A stretch of 64,000 nucleotides of DNA from Prorocentrum cordatum. Lineage: Eukaryota. Under the pieces are notes generated by a model. The model saw only the letters and a list, made by a program, of their open reading frames with translations. It was not told the origin of the DNA and ran no database searches. The stretch is taken from NCBI GenBank assembly GCA_963575745.1, contig CAUYUJ010000037.1, positions 434,001 through 498,000 on the forward strand, in the 5' to 3' direction. Position numbers and translations under genes: made by a program. This document shows positions 25,840 through 39,077 of the stretch, in pieces; positions within the stretch are counted from its first letter, which is position 1, and each line of letters opens with the position of its first letter.

Positions 25840-26038
25840 GCTACTGCTACTTATAGCATTATCATTATTATTGTTGCTACTACTACTATCACTACGACTA
25901 CGACTACTACTACTACTACTACTACGACTACTACTGTTAGTATTACTATTACTAGTAGTACTCCTACTAGTATCTCTCCGACTAGTACTGATACTAGTAT
26001 TACTATCACCACCACTACTACTTTTACTACTACTACCT

Positions 26039-26073
<35 letters not shown>

Positions 26074-26185
26074 TTACTACTACTACTACTACCACTACGA
26101 CTACTACTACTACTACGACGACGACTACTACTACTACTACGACTACTACGACTACGACTACAATGTCTAATGCGACCACTACCAT

Positions 26186-26254
<69 letters not shown>

Positions 26255-26584
26255 AACTACTACTTCTATTACGACTACTAATACGAATAAAACTCCTACG
26301 GCTACTGCTATTGCTACTACTACTTCTACTCAGAATAACCTTGCTGCTACTCCTACTACTACTACTACGACTACTACTACGACTACGGCCGCTTTCATTA
26401 TTACTATGACCACTACTATTACTACGACTACCACTAGTAGTAGTAGTAGTAGTACTACTACTACTACTATTACTACTACTTCGGCAGGCACCACTACCTT
26501 TCTCAGTACTACTACTACTACTACTACTACGACTACTACTACTACTACTACCACTAGTACTACTATTACTACTACTAGTACTAG

Positions 26585-26620
<36 letters not shown>

Positions 26621-26976
26621 GAGTACTGCTACTATTATTACTACTATTACTGCCACTACGACTCCTGCTACGACTACTACTACGACTACTACTGCAACTA
26701 CTACTCATGCTATTTTTCTCAGTAATGCGACTACTGCTACTATTATATTACTATCACGATTGCTACTATTATTTAGCGGCTGCTCCTATTTTCTTACAAC
26801 TACTCCTACCACTACTACGGCTACTACTACCATGGCTACTACTACTACTATTGCTACTACTACAACTGTTGCTGCTACTACTACCACTACTGTCACTACC
26901 ATTGCTACTTCCACTCCGACTACTCCTGCTATCACTACTACTACTACTACTACGACGACTGCTACTACTACTACGG

Positions 26977-27014
<38 letters not shown>

Positions 27015-27057
27015 GTTAGTAATACCACGACTAATACGACTACGGTAACTACTACTA

Positions 27058-27119
<62 letters not shown>

Positions 27120-27155
27120 TCTTCTTCTTTTTTACTACTACTACTACTTCTACTT

Positions 27156-27189
<34 letters not shown>

Positions 27190-27207
27190 GACCATTACTA
27201 CTACTAG

Positions 27208-27251
<44 letters not shown>

Positions 27252-27269
27252 TTACTGCTACTACTACTG

Positions 27270-27306
<37 letters not shown>

Positions 27307-27485
27307 CAGTCGCGCAACTAGTACTACTACTACGGCCACGACTGCTACTACTATTGCCATGACTATTACTACTACTACTACTACTACTGCTACTACTACT
27401 GCAACTACTACTACGGTTTTATTACTACGGCTGATACTACTACTACTACTACTACTATTACTACTACTACTACTACTACTACTAC

Positions 27486-27527
<42 letters not shown>

Positions 27528-27741
27528 AGAATAGCAGCAGTATAAGCAGTCGTAGAAGTAGCAGTAGTCGTAATAAAACGCCGCAGAAGCACCAGTTGGG
27601 AGTAGGGGGGGGGGACAAGGAGTAGGAGGAGGGGGGGTGCGAGTGGAAGTTGTAGGCTTAGTAGAAGTAGTCACACTAAGAGTAAAAGTCGCAGTCGTGG
27701 TAATAGTAGCAGCAGTAGTAGCATCAGTAGCAGTAGTAGTC

Positions 27742-27777
<36 letters not shown>

Positions 27778-27788
27778 TTACCAGTCGC

Positions 27789-27851
<63 letters not shown>

Positions 27852-27853
27852 CG

Positions 27854-27922
<69 letters not shown>

Positions 27923-28129
27923 TAGTAGTAGTAGTAGTAGCAGTAGTAGTAGTAGTAGTAGTGGTAGTAGTAGTAGTGGTGGTTGTAGTTGTAGTAGTAG
28001 CCGTAGTTGTAGTAGCTGTAGTAATCGGATTGGTAGTAGCAGTAGTAGTAGTAGTGGTAGTAGTAGTACTACTACTACTACTACTAACAGTAGCTGTAGT
28101 AGTAGTAGTAGTAGTGGTAGTAGTAGTCG

Positions 28130-28169
<40 letters not shown>

Positions 28170-28912
28170 TGCAGTAGTAGGCAATGTAGCCGTAGCCGCA
28201 GTAACCGTAGCCGTAGTAGTAGAAGTAGTAGGGTTAGTGGCATTCGTAGTTGTAGTCGTAGTAGTAGGAATAGTAGTAGTACTAGTAGCCCCCGTCGTAG
28301 CCATAGTAATAGCAGTCGCCGTCCTCGCCGTAATAGCAGTAGTAGTAGGAGTAGGAGGAGGAGGAGGAGGTCCAGTGATCTAATGAATAGTAGTAGTAGT
28401 AGTAATGGTAGTAGTAGTAGCAGCAGCAGTAATAGTAGTAGTAGTCGTAGTCGTAGCCGTAGCCGTCGTCGCAGTAGTAGTAGCAGGAGTAAGGGTAGGA
28501 ATAGTAATGGTGGAAGTAGTAGTAGTAGTAGTAGTAGTAGTCGTAGTCGTAGTCGTAGTCGTAGACGTAGTCGTAGTCGCAGTCGCAGTCGTAATCGTAG
28601 TAACAGTTGTACTTGCAGTGCTAGCCGTTAGTCGTAGTAGCAGTGGTTGCAGCAGCCGTAGTACTTGTAGTACGGGTAGTTTTCGGTAGTGTTTGTGGAA
28701 GCAGTCGTAGTAGTAGTAGAAGTAGTAATAGTAGTAATAATAATAATAGCACTAGTAGTAGTAGTAGCAGTAGTAGTAGTACTACTACTACTACGACTAG
28801 CATGTGTAGGAATAGTAGTAGTAGTCGTAGTAGTAGTGGTAGTCGTCGTCGTAGTCGTAGCAGTAGCAGTCGCAGTAGTAGTAGCAGTAGTAGTAGAATC
28901 CGTGGTAGAAGC

Positions 28913-28957
<45 letters not shown>

Positions 28958-29085
28958 TGTAGTGGTGGTGGTAAAAGTAAAGGTAAAAGTAATAGTAGTA
29001 GTCGTAGTAGTAGTAGTAGTTGTTGTAGTAGTGGTAGCAGTAGTAGTAGTGGTAGTAGTAGTAGTAGTCGTCGTCGTAGTAGTAC

Positions 29086-29121
<36 letters not shown>

Positions 29122-29122
29122 C

Positions 29123-29160
<38 letters not shown>

Positions 29161-29633
29161 CAGTAGCAGTCGTAGCAGTAGTAGTCCTAGCCGTCGTCGT
29201 AGTCGTAGTCGTAGTCGTAGTCGTAGTCGTAGTAGTGGTAGCGGCATTTGTCGTCGCAGTAGCAGTGGTAGTAGACGCAGTAGCTAGTGGGCGACCCTGG
29301 GGAGGAAACGAGAGGATGAGGAGGAGGAGGAGGAGAAACAAAAATGTCGCCGTGCTGGGCGAGGAGGAAGAGCAGGACGGTAATGTTGCCGTGTGGCACA
29401 GAGAGGGCCACTCTCCAGATATAGTTCGTCGTGCTGGATGTTGCCGCGTAAAGCGGGTAATCTGTGATGGACCGCCCTTCACGCGAGATGAATTCTGAGC
29501 CTCTCCGTACAAAATTGTGGCTTCTGAGGCATACGTTTCTGATGGGGGGGTTCCTCCAATCGGGCCAGCGGGCCGTGTTCGTCGTCGTTGTTCGGGTCGT
29601 CGCCGTAAACGTGGCAGTAGTAGTCGTAGTAGC

Positions 29634-29673
<40 letters not shown>

Positions 29674-29717
29674 GTAGTAGTAGTAGCAGTAGTAGTAGTA
29701 GTAGTAGTAGTAGTAGC

Positions 29718-29763
<46 letters not shown>

Positions 29764-29813
29764 ATTGTAGTGGTGCTAGTAGTGGTAGTAGTAATCGTAG
29801 TAGTAGTAGTAGC

Positions 29814-29845
<32 letters not shown>

Positions 29846-29889
29846 CAGTGGTAGTAGTAGTGGTAATAGTACATCGAGTAGCAGTAGTC

Positions 29890-29971
<82 letters not shown>

Positions 29972-30014
29972 CAGTAGTAGTAGTAGCAGTAGTCGTAGTA
30001 GTAGTAGCAGTAGC

Positions 30015-30045
<31 letters not shown>

Positions 30046-30455
30046 CTAGTAGTAGTGGTAGTAGTAGCAGTAGTAGTAGTAGTAGCAGTGGAGGTAGTAG
30101 TAGTAGCAGTCGTAGTAGTGGGAGTAGTAGCAGTCGTACTAGTAGTAGTTGTAGTAGTAGTAGTAGTAGTAGTCGTCGTAGAAGCAGTCGCAGTAGTAGT
30201 TGTAGTAGTAGCCGTAGCAGTAGCAGTCGTAGCAGTCGTAGTAATAGTCGTCGTCGCCGTCGTAGTCGTCGTATTGTAGTCATAGTCGCAAACGTAGCAG
30301 TAGTAGTAGTAGTAGTAGTTGTAGTAGTAGTAGTAGTAGTAGAAGTAGTAGTAGTAGCAGCAGTGGAAGTCGTAGTCGTAGCAGTAATCGTAGCGATAGC
30401 CGTAGTAGTCGTAGTAGTAGTAGTCGTAGTAGTAGTAGTAGTGGTGGTGGTGGTG

Positions 30456-30490
<35 letters not shown>

Positions 30491-30500
30491 CGTCGTAGTC

Positions 30501-30562
<62 letters not shown>

Positions 30563-31210
30563 CGTAGTCGTAGTCGTAGTCGTAGCCGTAGTTGTCGCAA
30601 TCGAGGTAGTAGCATGAGCAGTAGTAATCGTTGTAGAAGTGGTAGTAATCATAGTAGTAGTAGTAGTAGTAGTAGTAGTTGTTGTTGTTGTTGTAATTGT
30701 GGTAGGAGTGGCCGTATTACTAATAGTAGCGATAGTAGTGGTAGCAGTAGTACTAGTAGTCGTAGCAGATAATAAAAGTAGTAGTAGTAGTTGTAGTAGC
30801 AGTGGTAGTAGCAGTAATCGTAGTCGTCACCGTCGTCGACCTCGTGGTAGTAGCAATCATAGTCGTCCTGGTAGTTGTGGTAATAGTAATCGTGGTAATT
30901 CGGGATGTAGTAGTTCACGTAGTCGTCGTACTCGCAGTCGTAGGATTTGTAGTGGTAGTAGTTGTTGTAGTAGTAGAAGAACGAGAAGTAGTAGTAGCAG
31001 TAGTACACCTCGTCGCCATCATCGCCGGCGTGGTCGTACCTTTCGATAGCATTAGTCCCGGTAGTAGGGGTAGTAATGGTAGTACTCGTGGAAGCATGCG
31101 TGGCAGCACTAGCAGAAGTGATCTTACCACCAGGAATAGCAGTATGAGTAGCACGAGTACTAGTAGCAGTGGTGGTCGTACTGGTAGTACGAGTAGTAGT
31201 AGTAGTAGCC

Positions 31211-31273
<63 letters not shown>

Positions 31274-31330
31274 ATCGTAGCACTAGTAGTGGTTATGGTA
31301 GTGGTAATAGTGGTAGAAGTAGTTGTGGTA

Positions 31331-31391
<61 letters not shown>

Positions 31392-31526
31392 CATTAGCAC
31401 GAGTGGTAGGAAAATGAGTACGAGTGGTGTTCGTAGTGTTGGTCGTGGCAGTAGTAGTAGTAGTCGTAGTAGTAGTAGTCGTAGTCGTAGTAGTAGTAAT
31501 AGTAGTAGTAGTAGTAGTAGTAATAG

Positions 31527-31564
<38 letters not shown>

Positions 31565-31628
31565 ATAGTAGTAGTAGTAGTCGTAGTAGTAGTAGTAGTA
31601 GTAGTAGTAGTCGTGGTGGTGGTAGTAA

Positions 31629-31661
<33 letters not shown>

Positions 31662-31989
31662 CAGTAGCAGTAGTAGTAGTAGCAGTAGTAGTAGTAGTAG
31701 TAGTAGTAGTTTGCGTAGTAGTAGTAGTAGTAGTAGTAGGAGTAGTAGTAGTAGTAGTAGTAGTCGTAGTAGTAGTAGTGGTAGTAGTAGTAGTAGTAGC
31801 AGTAGTAGTAGCAGCAGGAGTAGCAGTAGTAGCAGTAGTAGTTGAAGTAATCGTAGTCGTAGCCGCAGTACTAGACGAAGTAGTAGTAGTAGTGGAGGAG
31901 TAGGGGTAGGGGTAGGAGTAGGAGTAGGACTAGGCGTAGGAGCAGGAGGGAAAAGCGTAGTGGTAGCAGTAGTAGTAGTAGTAGTAGTG

Positions 31990-32021
<32 letters not shown>

Positions 32022-32243
32022 CGTCGCCGTCGTAGTGGTAGTGGTAGTAGTAGTAGTAGCAGTACTAGTTGTAGGCGTAGAGGTAGTTGTAATAGTAGTC
32101 GTCCTCGTTGCCGCCGCAGTAGTTGTAATCGTAGTAGCCGTAGCCGTAGTCGTAGTAGTGATAGTCGTCGTGGTATTTCTAGCAGTGGCATTAGTAGTAG
32201 TAGTAGTCGTCGTCGTCGTCGTGTTCGTCTTATAGGTAGTCGC

Positions 32244-32281
<38 letters not shown>

Positions 32282-32494
32282 CAGTAGCAGAAGTAGTAGC
32301 AGTAGTAGTAGTAGTAGTAGTAGTAGCAGTGGTAGTAGTAGTAGTAGCAGCAGTAGTAGTAGTAGTAGTAGTAGTAGTCGTAGTCGTAGTCGTAGTCGTA
32401 GTGGTAGCAGTTTTTTTCAGTAGCAGTAGTCGTAGTAGTTGTCGAAGTAGCAGTAGTAGTAGCAGTAGTAGTAGTAGTAGTTGTTGTTGCAGTT

Positions 32495-32525
<31 letters not shown>

Positions 32526-32531
32526 CAGTAA

Positions 32532-32564
<33 letters not shown>

Positions 32565-32674
32565 CACTAGGCGTCGTCGTGGTAATTGCAGTAGCGGTAT
32601 CGGCACTGATATTGGTACTAGTCGTAGTAGTAGTAGTAGTAGCAGTGGCAGTGGTAGTAGTAGTAGTATTAGTT

Positions 32675-32716
<42 letters not shown>

Positions 32717-32779
32717 TCGATAGCAGTAGTAGTAGTAGTAGTAGTAGTAGTAGCAGTAGTAGTAGTAGTAGTAGCAGTG

Positions 32780-32812
<33 letters not shown>

Positions 32813-33028
32813 TTCGTCGTAGTAGTAGTAGTAGTGGACGAAGTATGCGCAGTAGCAGTAGGAGTAGTAGTAGCAGTCGTAGTCGCCGTAGCAGCAGTAG
32901 TCGCAGCCGTAGTACTAGTAGTCGAGGTACTCGTTGTAGTAGTAGTAGTAGTAGTAGTAGTCGTCGTAGCAGTCGTAGTCGTAGCAATAGTTGCAGTAAT
33001 AGTGGAATTAGTAGTAGTGGTAGCACTT

Positions 33029-33069
<41 letters not shown>

Positions 33070-33070
33070 C

Positions 33071-33102
<32 letters not shown>

Positions 33103-33223
33103 CGTCGTCGTAGTAGTAGTAGTAGTAGTAGCAGTCGTAGTAGTGGTGGTGGTGGTGGTAGTCGTGGTGGTAGTAGTAGCAGTAGTAGTAGTAGTAGTAG
33201 TAGTAGTGTTAGTAGTAGTAGTA

Positions 33224-33261
<38 letters not shown>

Positions 33262-33271
33262 CGTAGTAGTC

Positions 33272-33338
<67 letters not shown>

Positions 33339-33412
33339 CAGTAGCAGTAGCAGCAGCAGTAGTAGTAGTGGAGCTGGTGGTGGTGGGGGTAGTAGGCGTA
33401 GCAGCAGTAGTC
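21517..33412. repeat. ~12-kb imperfect (GTA)n/(TAC)n microsatellite field with embedded islands and an internal inverted duplication
   Basis: Continuous GTA-derived triplets; TAC orientation at ~25805-27485. Confidence 0.97.
22863..24050. repeat. Tandem duplication (~600-bp unit) of a ~400-bp hairpin-rich island plus GTA flank
   Basis: Near-identical islands at ~22863-23245 and ~23464-23900, each followed by the same degenerate GTA variants. Confidence 0.9.
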
Positions 33413-33494
33413 ATAGGAATACACCAGCAGAATTTGCCCAGCGAAGGACCCAACCAGATGCAGTTGTGAATGCCGTCGTTGTTAGTATCGCCTT

Positions 33495-34230
33495 CGATGG
33501 ATCTCCTTATGGGGCCACGATGCGCGTGAAGGGTGTGCCGAAATCGGGCAGGGCGGAGATCCTCATGAAACCACGACACGTGTGAGATGTGTGTGTGTGT
33601 GTGTGCCAAACTGGGGCGGCGCCGCCATGCGGAGTGCGCCACTGGGACCTTGGGTGGAGCTCCATGTGGGGTCACGAAACGTGTGAGGGGTGTGGCAAAT
33701 GGGGCGGAGCCCCCGCGCGGACTGCGCCAGTGGGACTCTTGGGTGGGTTTCCTTATGGGGCCATGAAACGTGTGAGGGGTGTGCCAAAATGGGGCGGCAC
33801 CGCCATGCGAACTGCGCCAGTGGGACTTGAGGTGGAGCTCCCTATGGGGTCGCGAAACGTGTGAGGGGTGTGCCAAAATGGGGCGGCGCCGCCATGAGGA
33901 GTGCGCCATTGGGACCTTAAATGGAGCTCCCTGTGGTGCCATATGAAACGTGTGAAGGAGTGTTCCAAAATCGGGCGGCGCAGTCGTGCAGACTGCGCCG
34001 CTGGGACCATGGGTGGAGCTCCCCATGGTGCCATGAAACGCGAGAGGGGTGTGCCAAAATGGGGCGGCGCAGCCATGCGGACTGCGCCACTGGGACCCTA
34101 GGTGGAGCCCCAGATGTCGCCAAGAAACGTGTGAGGGGTGTGCGAAAATGCGGCGGCGCCGCCATGCGAACTGCGCCACTGGGGTCTTGGGTGGAGTTCG
34201 CTATGGTGCCACGAAACGTGTGAGGGGTGT
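33495..34230. repeat. ~89-90-bp satellite (GAAACGTGTGAGGGGTGTGCCAAAATGGGGCGGCG...), about 8 copies; the last copies are re-amplified in the gene array
   Basis: gaaacg anchors at 33676, 33765, 33854, 33945, 34035, 34124 and 34213. Confidence 0.92.
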
Positions 34231-34643
34231 GACGAGGACGATTATGGTGATGATGACGACGATGGTGATGATGGTGATGATGACGGACATGATGATGACG
34301 ATGATGACGACGACGGCCATGATGTTGATGATGATGACGACGACGATCACGTGCACGATGACGATGATGACAATGATAATGATGGGAAGGGGGAGGGAGG
34401 AGTGGGAGGAGGAGAGGAGGAGGAGGAGGACGCGGGGCGCTGTTTCTTCAAAACGAGGACCCCAAACCGCAGGATGGTTGGGAAAAAGTCAGCGTGCGAG
34501 TACGATGACGACGACAGCGCACTGGACAATGAAGACGTCGGAGGCCTCAGCAGTGGCCGCCGCGGGGGGATGCTTATTTTCACTGTATTATTGTCGGTCT
34601 TATTTGTTCCATACCCCCGCGCAAAAAGACTCATTGATTCTTC

Positions 34644-34676
<33 letters not shown>

Positions 34677-35178
34677 GATTCTCCTCTTCCTATCTTTTGT
34701 ATAAGCCCGGGTGGGGGGAAAACCCATCACCCCCCCCTCCAAAACCGGACTCCCGGGACCTGGGGCTTTGGGGCCCTCCGGACGGGCCTCGAAGTGGCCA
34801 CCGGGCCTCGCAAGGCGTTTTGCCAAGCCTTCCCAGCACACTTAGGGCGATCAGGGGGTCATCGGAGACGTCAAGGATCCCCAAGACAGCACAAGAGCGC
34901 TCCAAGAGTGACCGACGTGACCTCAAGATGGCCCAAGAGGCCTCCAGGACGGCCCCAAAGAGGCCTCCAAGAGCACTCCCAAGAAGGCCCCCCGAGGCAA
35001 AAATCATTGATTTTCTGTGCGTTTTGGTGAATTTTGGGGCTCTCCTCTTTTCGGCTTCCCGACGCTCCAAGAAAGGGCTTCCAGGCAGCCCAAGAGAGCC
35101 CCAAAACGGCCAAACACGGGTCCAAGATGGCCCTCAGAGAGCCCCATGGCGGCCAAAGATGTCCCAAAGACACCCTCC

Positions 35179-35215
35179 TCCAGCGCCATTTTGGCTCAAG
35201 CCGCGTTGGCTCACG
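35179..35215 (+). other. DinoSL relic (22 nt) plus a second degenerate nested relic, copy 1
   Basis: TCCAGCGCCATTTTGGCTCAAG versus DinoSL DCCGTAGCCATTTTGGCTCAAG (19/22), followed by CCGCGTTGGCTCACG (11/15 to CCATTTTGGCTCAAG). Confidence 0.92.
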
Positions 35216-35295
35216 GCGCGGAGTCGGGCCAGCGCTCAAAGCCGGCTCGTTCCCGTCACCCTCCTCAGTCCTCCCCTCTCCCGCCTGGCCGCGCC

Positions 35296-37201
35296 ATGCT
35301 TGCCCGCAGGGGACCGCACTTGCCGCGCATGCTCGCTTCGGAGAGCGACGCCGAGCTGGCAGAGCTCGCCACGTGCAGCACCGCCTGCGCGGCCCGGCCG
35401 CGGGCCGCCGTCGCAGCGCTGACCGCGGCCGCGGTGGCGCTGGTGCTCCTGGCGGTGGCAGGGCGCGGGGGAGCTCCTGCAGGAGCCGTGGCCGCCGCCT
35501 GGCCCGAGGCCATCGTCAAGGCCTCCGACAGCCGGAGCGCGTGCGTCCTCTTCGGGGGCCTGGCGGTGAGGCACGGGGCTGCGAACGCGTCCTTCTCGAC
35601 GTGGGACAACAGCAGTGACGTCACGTTCGTCTTCGAGGGGAATCTGTGGCTGGTCCAGATGGACGACGTCAAGATTCAGGCCCAGACTGGCAGGCTGAGC
35701 GACGGGCAGACGGAGTACACTAACGTCCTCAAAGAGATTGCCATCGGTGGCTCTGCCTTGACGGGGAACGTCCTCCACATCTCCGCGAGAGGCGTTACAT
35801 GGCGTAATGCTGACGGATCGGAGGAGTCCATCCTCAGTGACCTGGACACCGAGTTTTCGAACGAACTCGTCGAGGCAAAAAGGGATAACTCGGGGGATGT
35901 TGTCCTGCCCGATCGCAAGGACGCCGAGTTGAATGTGGTGCACGTGAGGCTACCACAATCGGTTGAGCTAGAGGTCTATCAATGGCCTGATTCCGCTGGC
36001 CAACACTTTTTCGGGCATTTGCGCGGATAGTACATTGCCAGGAGTAGGGGTACCCATATCAGCAAGCCTTCTCCCAGCGTCTAATCACAGCCGCAGTTGT
36101 GCAACAAAGGAGTCTGAAGTTCCTTGGCCTTACGGGACGGGTGATTGTTTGGCATCTGAAGCACAGCTTACCAGCTACAGCGCCATTGACAATTCAATAA
36201 CTTGTGGATTCTGCAGGCAAAACAAGTTCGCGAACTTTCTTGGGGATCTTGCCAAGAAGTTGAAGGAATTGAAACAAGAGGAGTGTTTTCAAGGGGTGAT
36301 ATACGGAGTGGCATTTGGTTCCAAGTATGAAGCGATGTTAGATACAACCGACGATGCGATTGCTCATCGGCTTCTCCAGGTTCACCAGCGGTGTTTCTTT
36401 TATTTTGTTAATTCTGCTGCTGACTTCGTCGAGGGCGCAGCGTATTCAGATATTTCTTTAAATCGCACTTCCAAGAATGGCCTCAATATTTTGATCCCTG
36501 TGCCGACGAGCGTTTTGCCATATCAGAACATGCGGAGGAATACAAAGTTATTCAAGATGCATGGAGGTTTTGGGGTCTTCGCATTTGCAGAGCGTCTTTA
36601 CTGGCAGGATGCGAAAATGTGGGATTTCGCATTTAACCATCATTTCGATGGTGTGATGAACTATTACAAAATGTTCTTGGAGAATGTGCAAAACACTGGC
36701 GCCTGTGTCTTTTTCAGGTCCTTGTGTGACGAACAGCGTTGGTACAAGAACCATTGCGCAACAGTCTCGGCTCCAGAGTTTACTAACACAGCCGATCACG
36801 ACGAGGTTAGGAAACAATGCAGTCATTATCGACGACTCGGTACAGACAACGACCGTATTTCTTTGGACAGCGGCATGATTGACAGCGCAGTTATTGTGTG
36901 GGATATGAGTAGCGAGCGGTGCCGCGATTTTAATACCAAGATTACGTGTACCTGGCTCGGCGAAATCGAATGCTTTGGAGATCGTGATCAAATCAGTTTC
37001 CCAGAAGTTCTCCGCGCAGTGGGCGTCTATGAACCAAGTCCGGTGAGTCCAAAAGGTGTGCAGCACAAGGATCGGCTTTTCGTTGGAGTAGATACAGCAT
37101 CTCCGCTGGTTCACATTGGAAGAAGTAGCTGTCATTGGTACGTCTCGTCTCTTGACAACAACATGTTTACTTGCCCTAGTAATCCAGATGCCGTGGCATA
37201 G
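35296..37201 (+). pseudogene. Retrogene copy 1, frameshifted by a 35-bp deletion at ~36002
   Basis: It lacks CCTTATCGACGTCAAGATCATTACGCCGTTGGAGC, which is present in copies 2 and 3. The ORF splits into 35017-36030 and 36035-37201. Confidence 0.88.
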
Positions 37202-38960
37202 GCCATCGCTGAATCTCAATGTTTTTATGCTTTGCGCATTCCCGTCAGCCCATCCAGGACGCATGTCCAGACGAGTCGCCTGAAGCAGGCAAGTGTAGGA
37301 GGAAGCATCATTCAGCAGCCTGGGTTGTCTATGCTGTAACGGGGGGGTGTTCGCGGAGCTTTTTCAATTGGACTGTTTTTCCTTGGTCGGCTCCTGCGTG
37401 TCATCCTTGCGCGTGTCACCCTCTGTATCGGCCCCCAGGGGGCATGGATCGCCTCGCAGCAATGTCAATCTTAGTCGTAATCGACGTTGTCACATCATGC
37501 CAGTTCGCCCCGGGCAGGAGAAAAAAAAGAAGATGTCCCAAAGACACCCTCCGAAGAATTCCAAATCGTGATCCGGTCGTTCAGGGAGACGGCGGTTGGA
37601 GGCAGGGTGGCCCGAGGAAGCCCCCGGAGGCCCCCAGAATGCGCCCAGGAGGCCTCCAGAAGGCCTTAAGAAAACCCGAAACAACTCTTGTGATGCCATA
37701 TGAAACGTGTGAAGGAGTGTTTCAAAATCGGGCGGCGCAGTCGTGCAGACTGCGCCACTGGGACCATGGGTGGAGCTCCCCATGATGCCATGAAACGTGA
37801 GAGGGGTGTGCCAAAATGGGGCGGCGCAGCCATGCGGACTGCGCCACTGGGACCCTAGGTGGAGCCCCAGATGTCGCCAAGAAACGTGTGAGGGGTGTGC
37901 GAAAATGCGGCGGCGCCGCCATGCGAACTGCGCCACTGGGGTCTTGGGTGGAGTTCGCTGTGGTGCCACGAAACGTGTGAGGGGTGTGACGAGGACGATT
38001 ATGGTGATGATGACGACGATGGTGATGATGGTGATGATGACGGACATGATGATGATGACGATGATGACGACGACGGCCATGATGTTGATGATGATGATGA
38101 TGATGATGATGATGACGACGACGACGACGACGACGACGATCACGTGCACGATGACGATGATGACAATGATAATGATGGGAAGGGGGAGGGAGGAGTGGGA
38201 GGAGGAGAGGAGGAGGAGGACGCGGGGCGCTGTTTCTTCAAAACGAGGACTCCAAACCGCAGGATGGTTGGGAAAAAGTCAGCGTGCGAGTACGATGACG
38301 ACGACAGCGCACTGGACAATGAAGACGTCGGAGGCCTCAGCAGTGGCCGCCGCGGGGGGATGCTTATTTTCACTGTATTATTATCGGTCTTATTTGTTCC
38401 ATACCCCCGCGCAAAAAGACTCATTGATTCTTCATGTGTATATATATATATATATATATATTCTCCTCTTCCTATCTTTTGTATAAGCCCGGGTGGGGGG
38501 AAAACCCATCACCCCCCCCTCCAAAACCGGACTCCCGGGACCTGGGGCTTTGGGGCCCTCCGGACGGGCCTCGAAGTGGCCACCGGGCCTCGCAAGGCGT
38601 TTTGCCAAGCCTTCCCAGCACACTTAGGGCGATCAGGGGGTCATCGGAGACGTCAAGGATCCCCAAGACAGCACAAGAGCGCTCCAAGAGTGACCGACGT
38701 GACCTCAAGATGGCCCAAGAGGCCTCCAGGACGGCCCCAAAGAGGCCTCCAAGAGCACTCCCAAGAAGGCCCCCCGAGGCAAAAATCATTGATTTTCTGT
38801 GCGTTTTGGTGAATTTTGGGGCTCTCCTCTTTTCGGCTTCCCGACGCTCCAAGAAAGGGCTTCCAGGCAGCCCAAGAGAGCCCCAAAACGGCCAAACACG
38901 GGTCCAAGAAGGCCCTCAGAGAGCCCCATGGCGGCCAAAGATGTCCCAAAGACACCCTCC

Positions 38961-38997
38961 TCCAGCGCCATTTTGGCTCAAGCCGCGTTGGCTCACG
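38961..38997 (+). other. DinoSL relic plus nested relic, copy 2
   Basis: Same sequence as copy 1, immediately after the 5' TSD (38938-38960). Confidence 0.92.
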
Positions 38998-39077
38998 GCG
39001 CGGAGTCGGGCCAGCGCTCAAAGCCTGCTCGTTCCCGTCACCCTCCTCAGTCCTCCCCTCTCCCGCCTGGCCGCGCC

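Noticed and set aside
29285..29620. Unique island in the GTA field, possibly a minus-strand LINE 3' tip or an exon
   Set aside because: Only a vague resemblance (RLEEP...AQNSS); too short to support a call.
21516..33585. Poly-Thr/Ser/Val/Leu mucin-like ORFs
   Set aside because: Artefacts of (GTA)n/(TAC)n triplet repeats.
33495..34230. Possible CRISPR array
   Set aside because: The whole 89-90-bp unit is repeated with no unique spacers, there are no cas genes, and the context is eukaryotic.
36548..37264. 238-aa antisense ORF, repeated in all three array copies
   Set aside because: Shadow of the sense gene; its conservation reflects recent duplication only.
38799..39077. N-terminal extension of the 739-aa ORF call
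   Set aside because: It starts upstream of the TSD and SL relic in repeat DNA; the probable start is the ATG at 39078.
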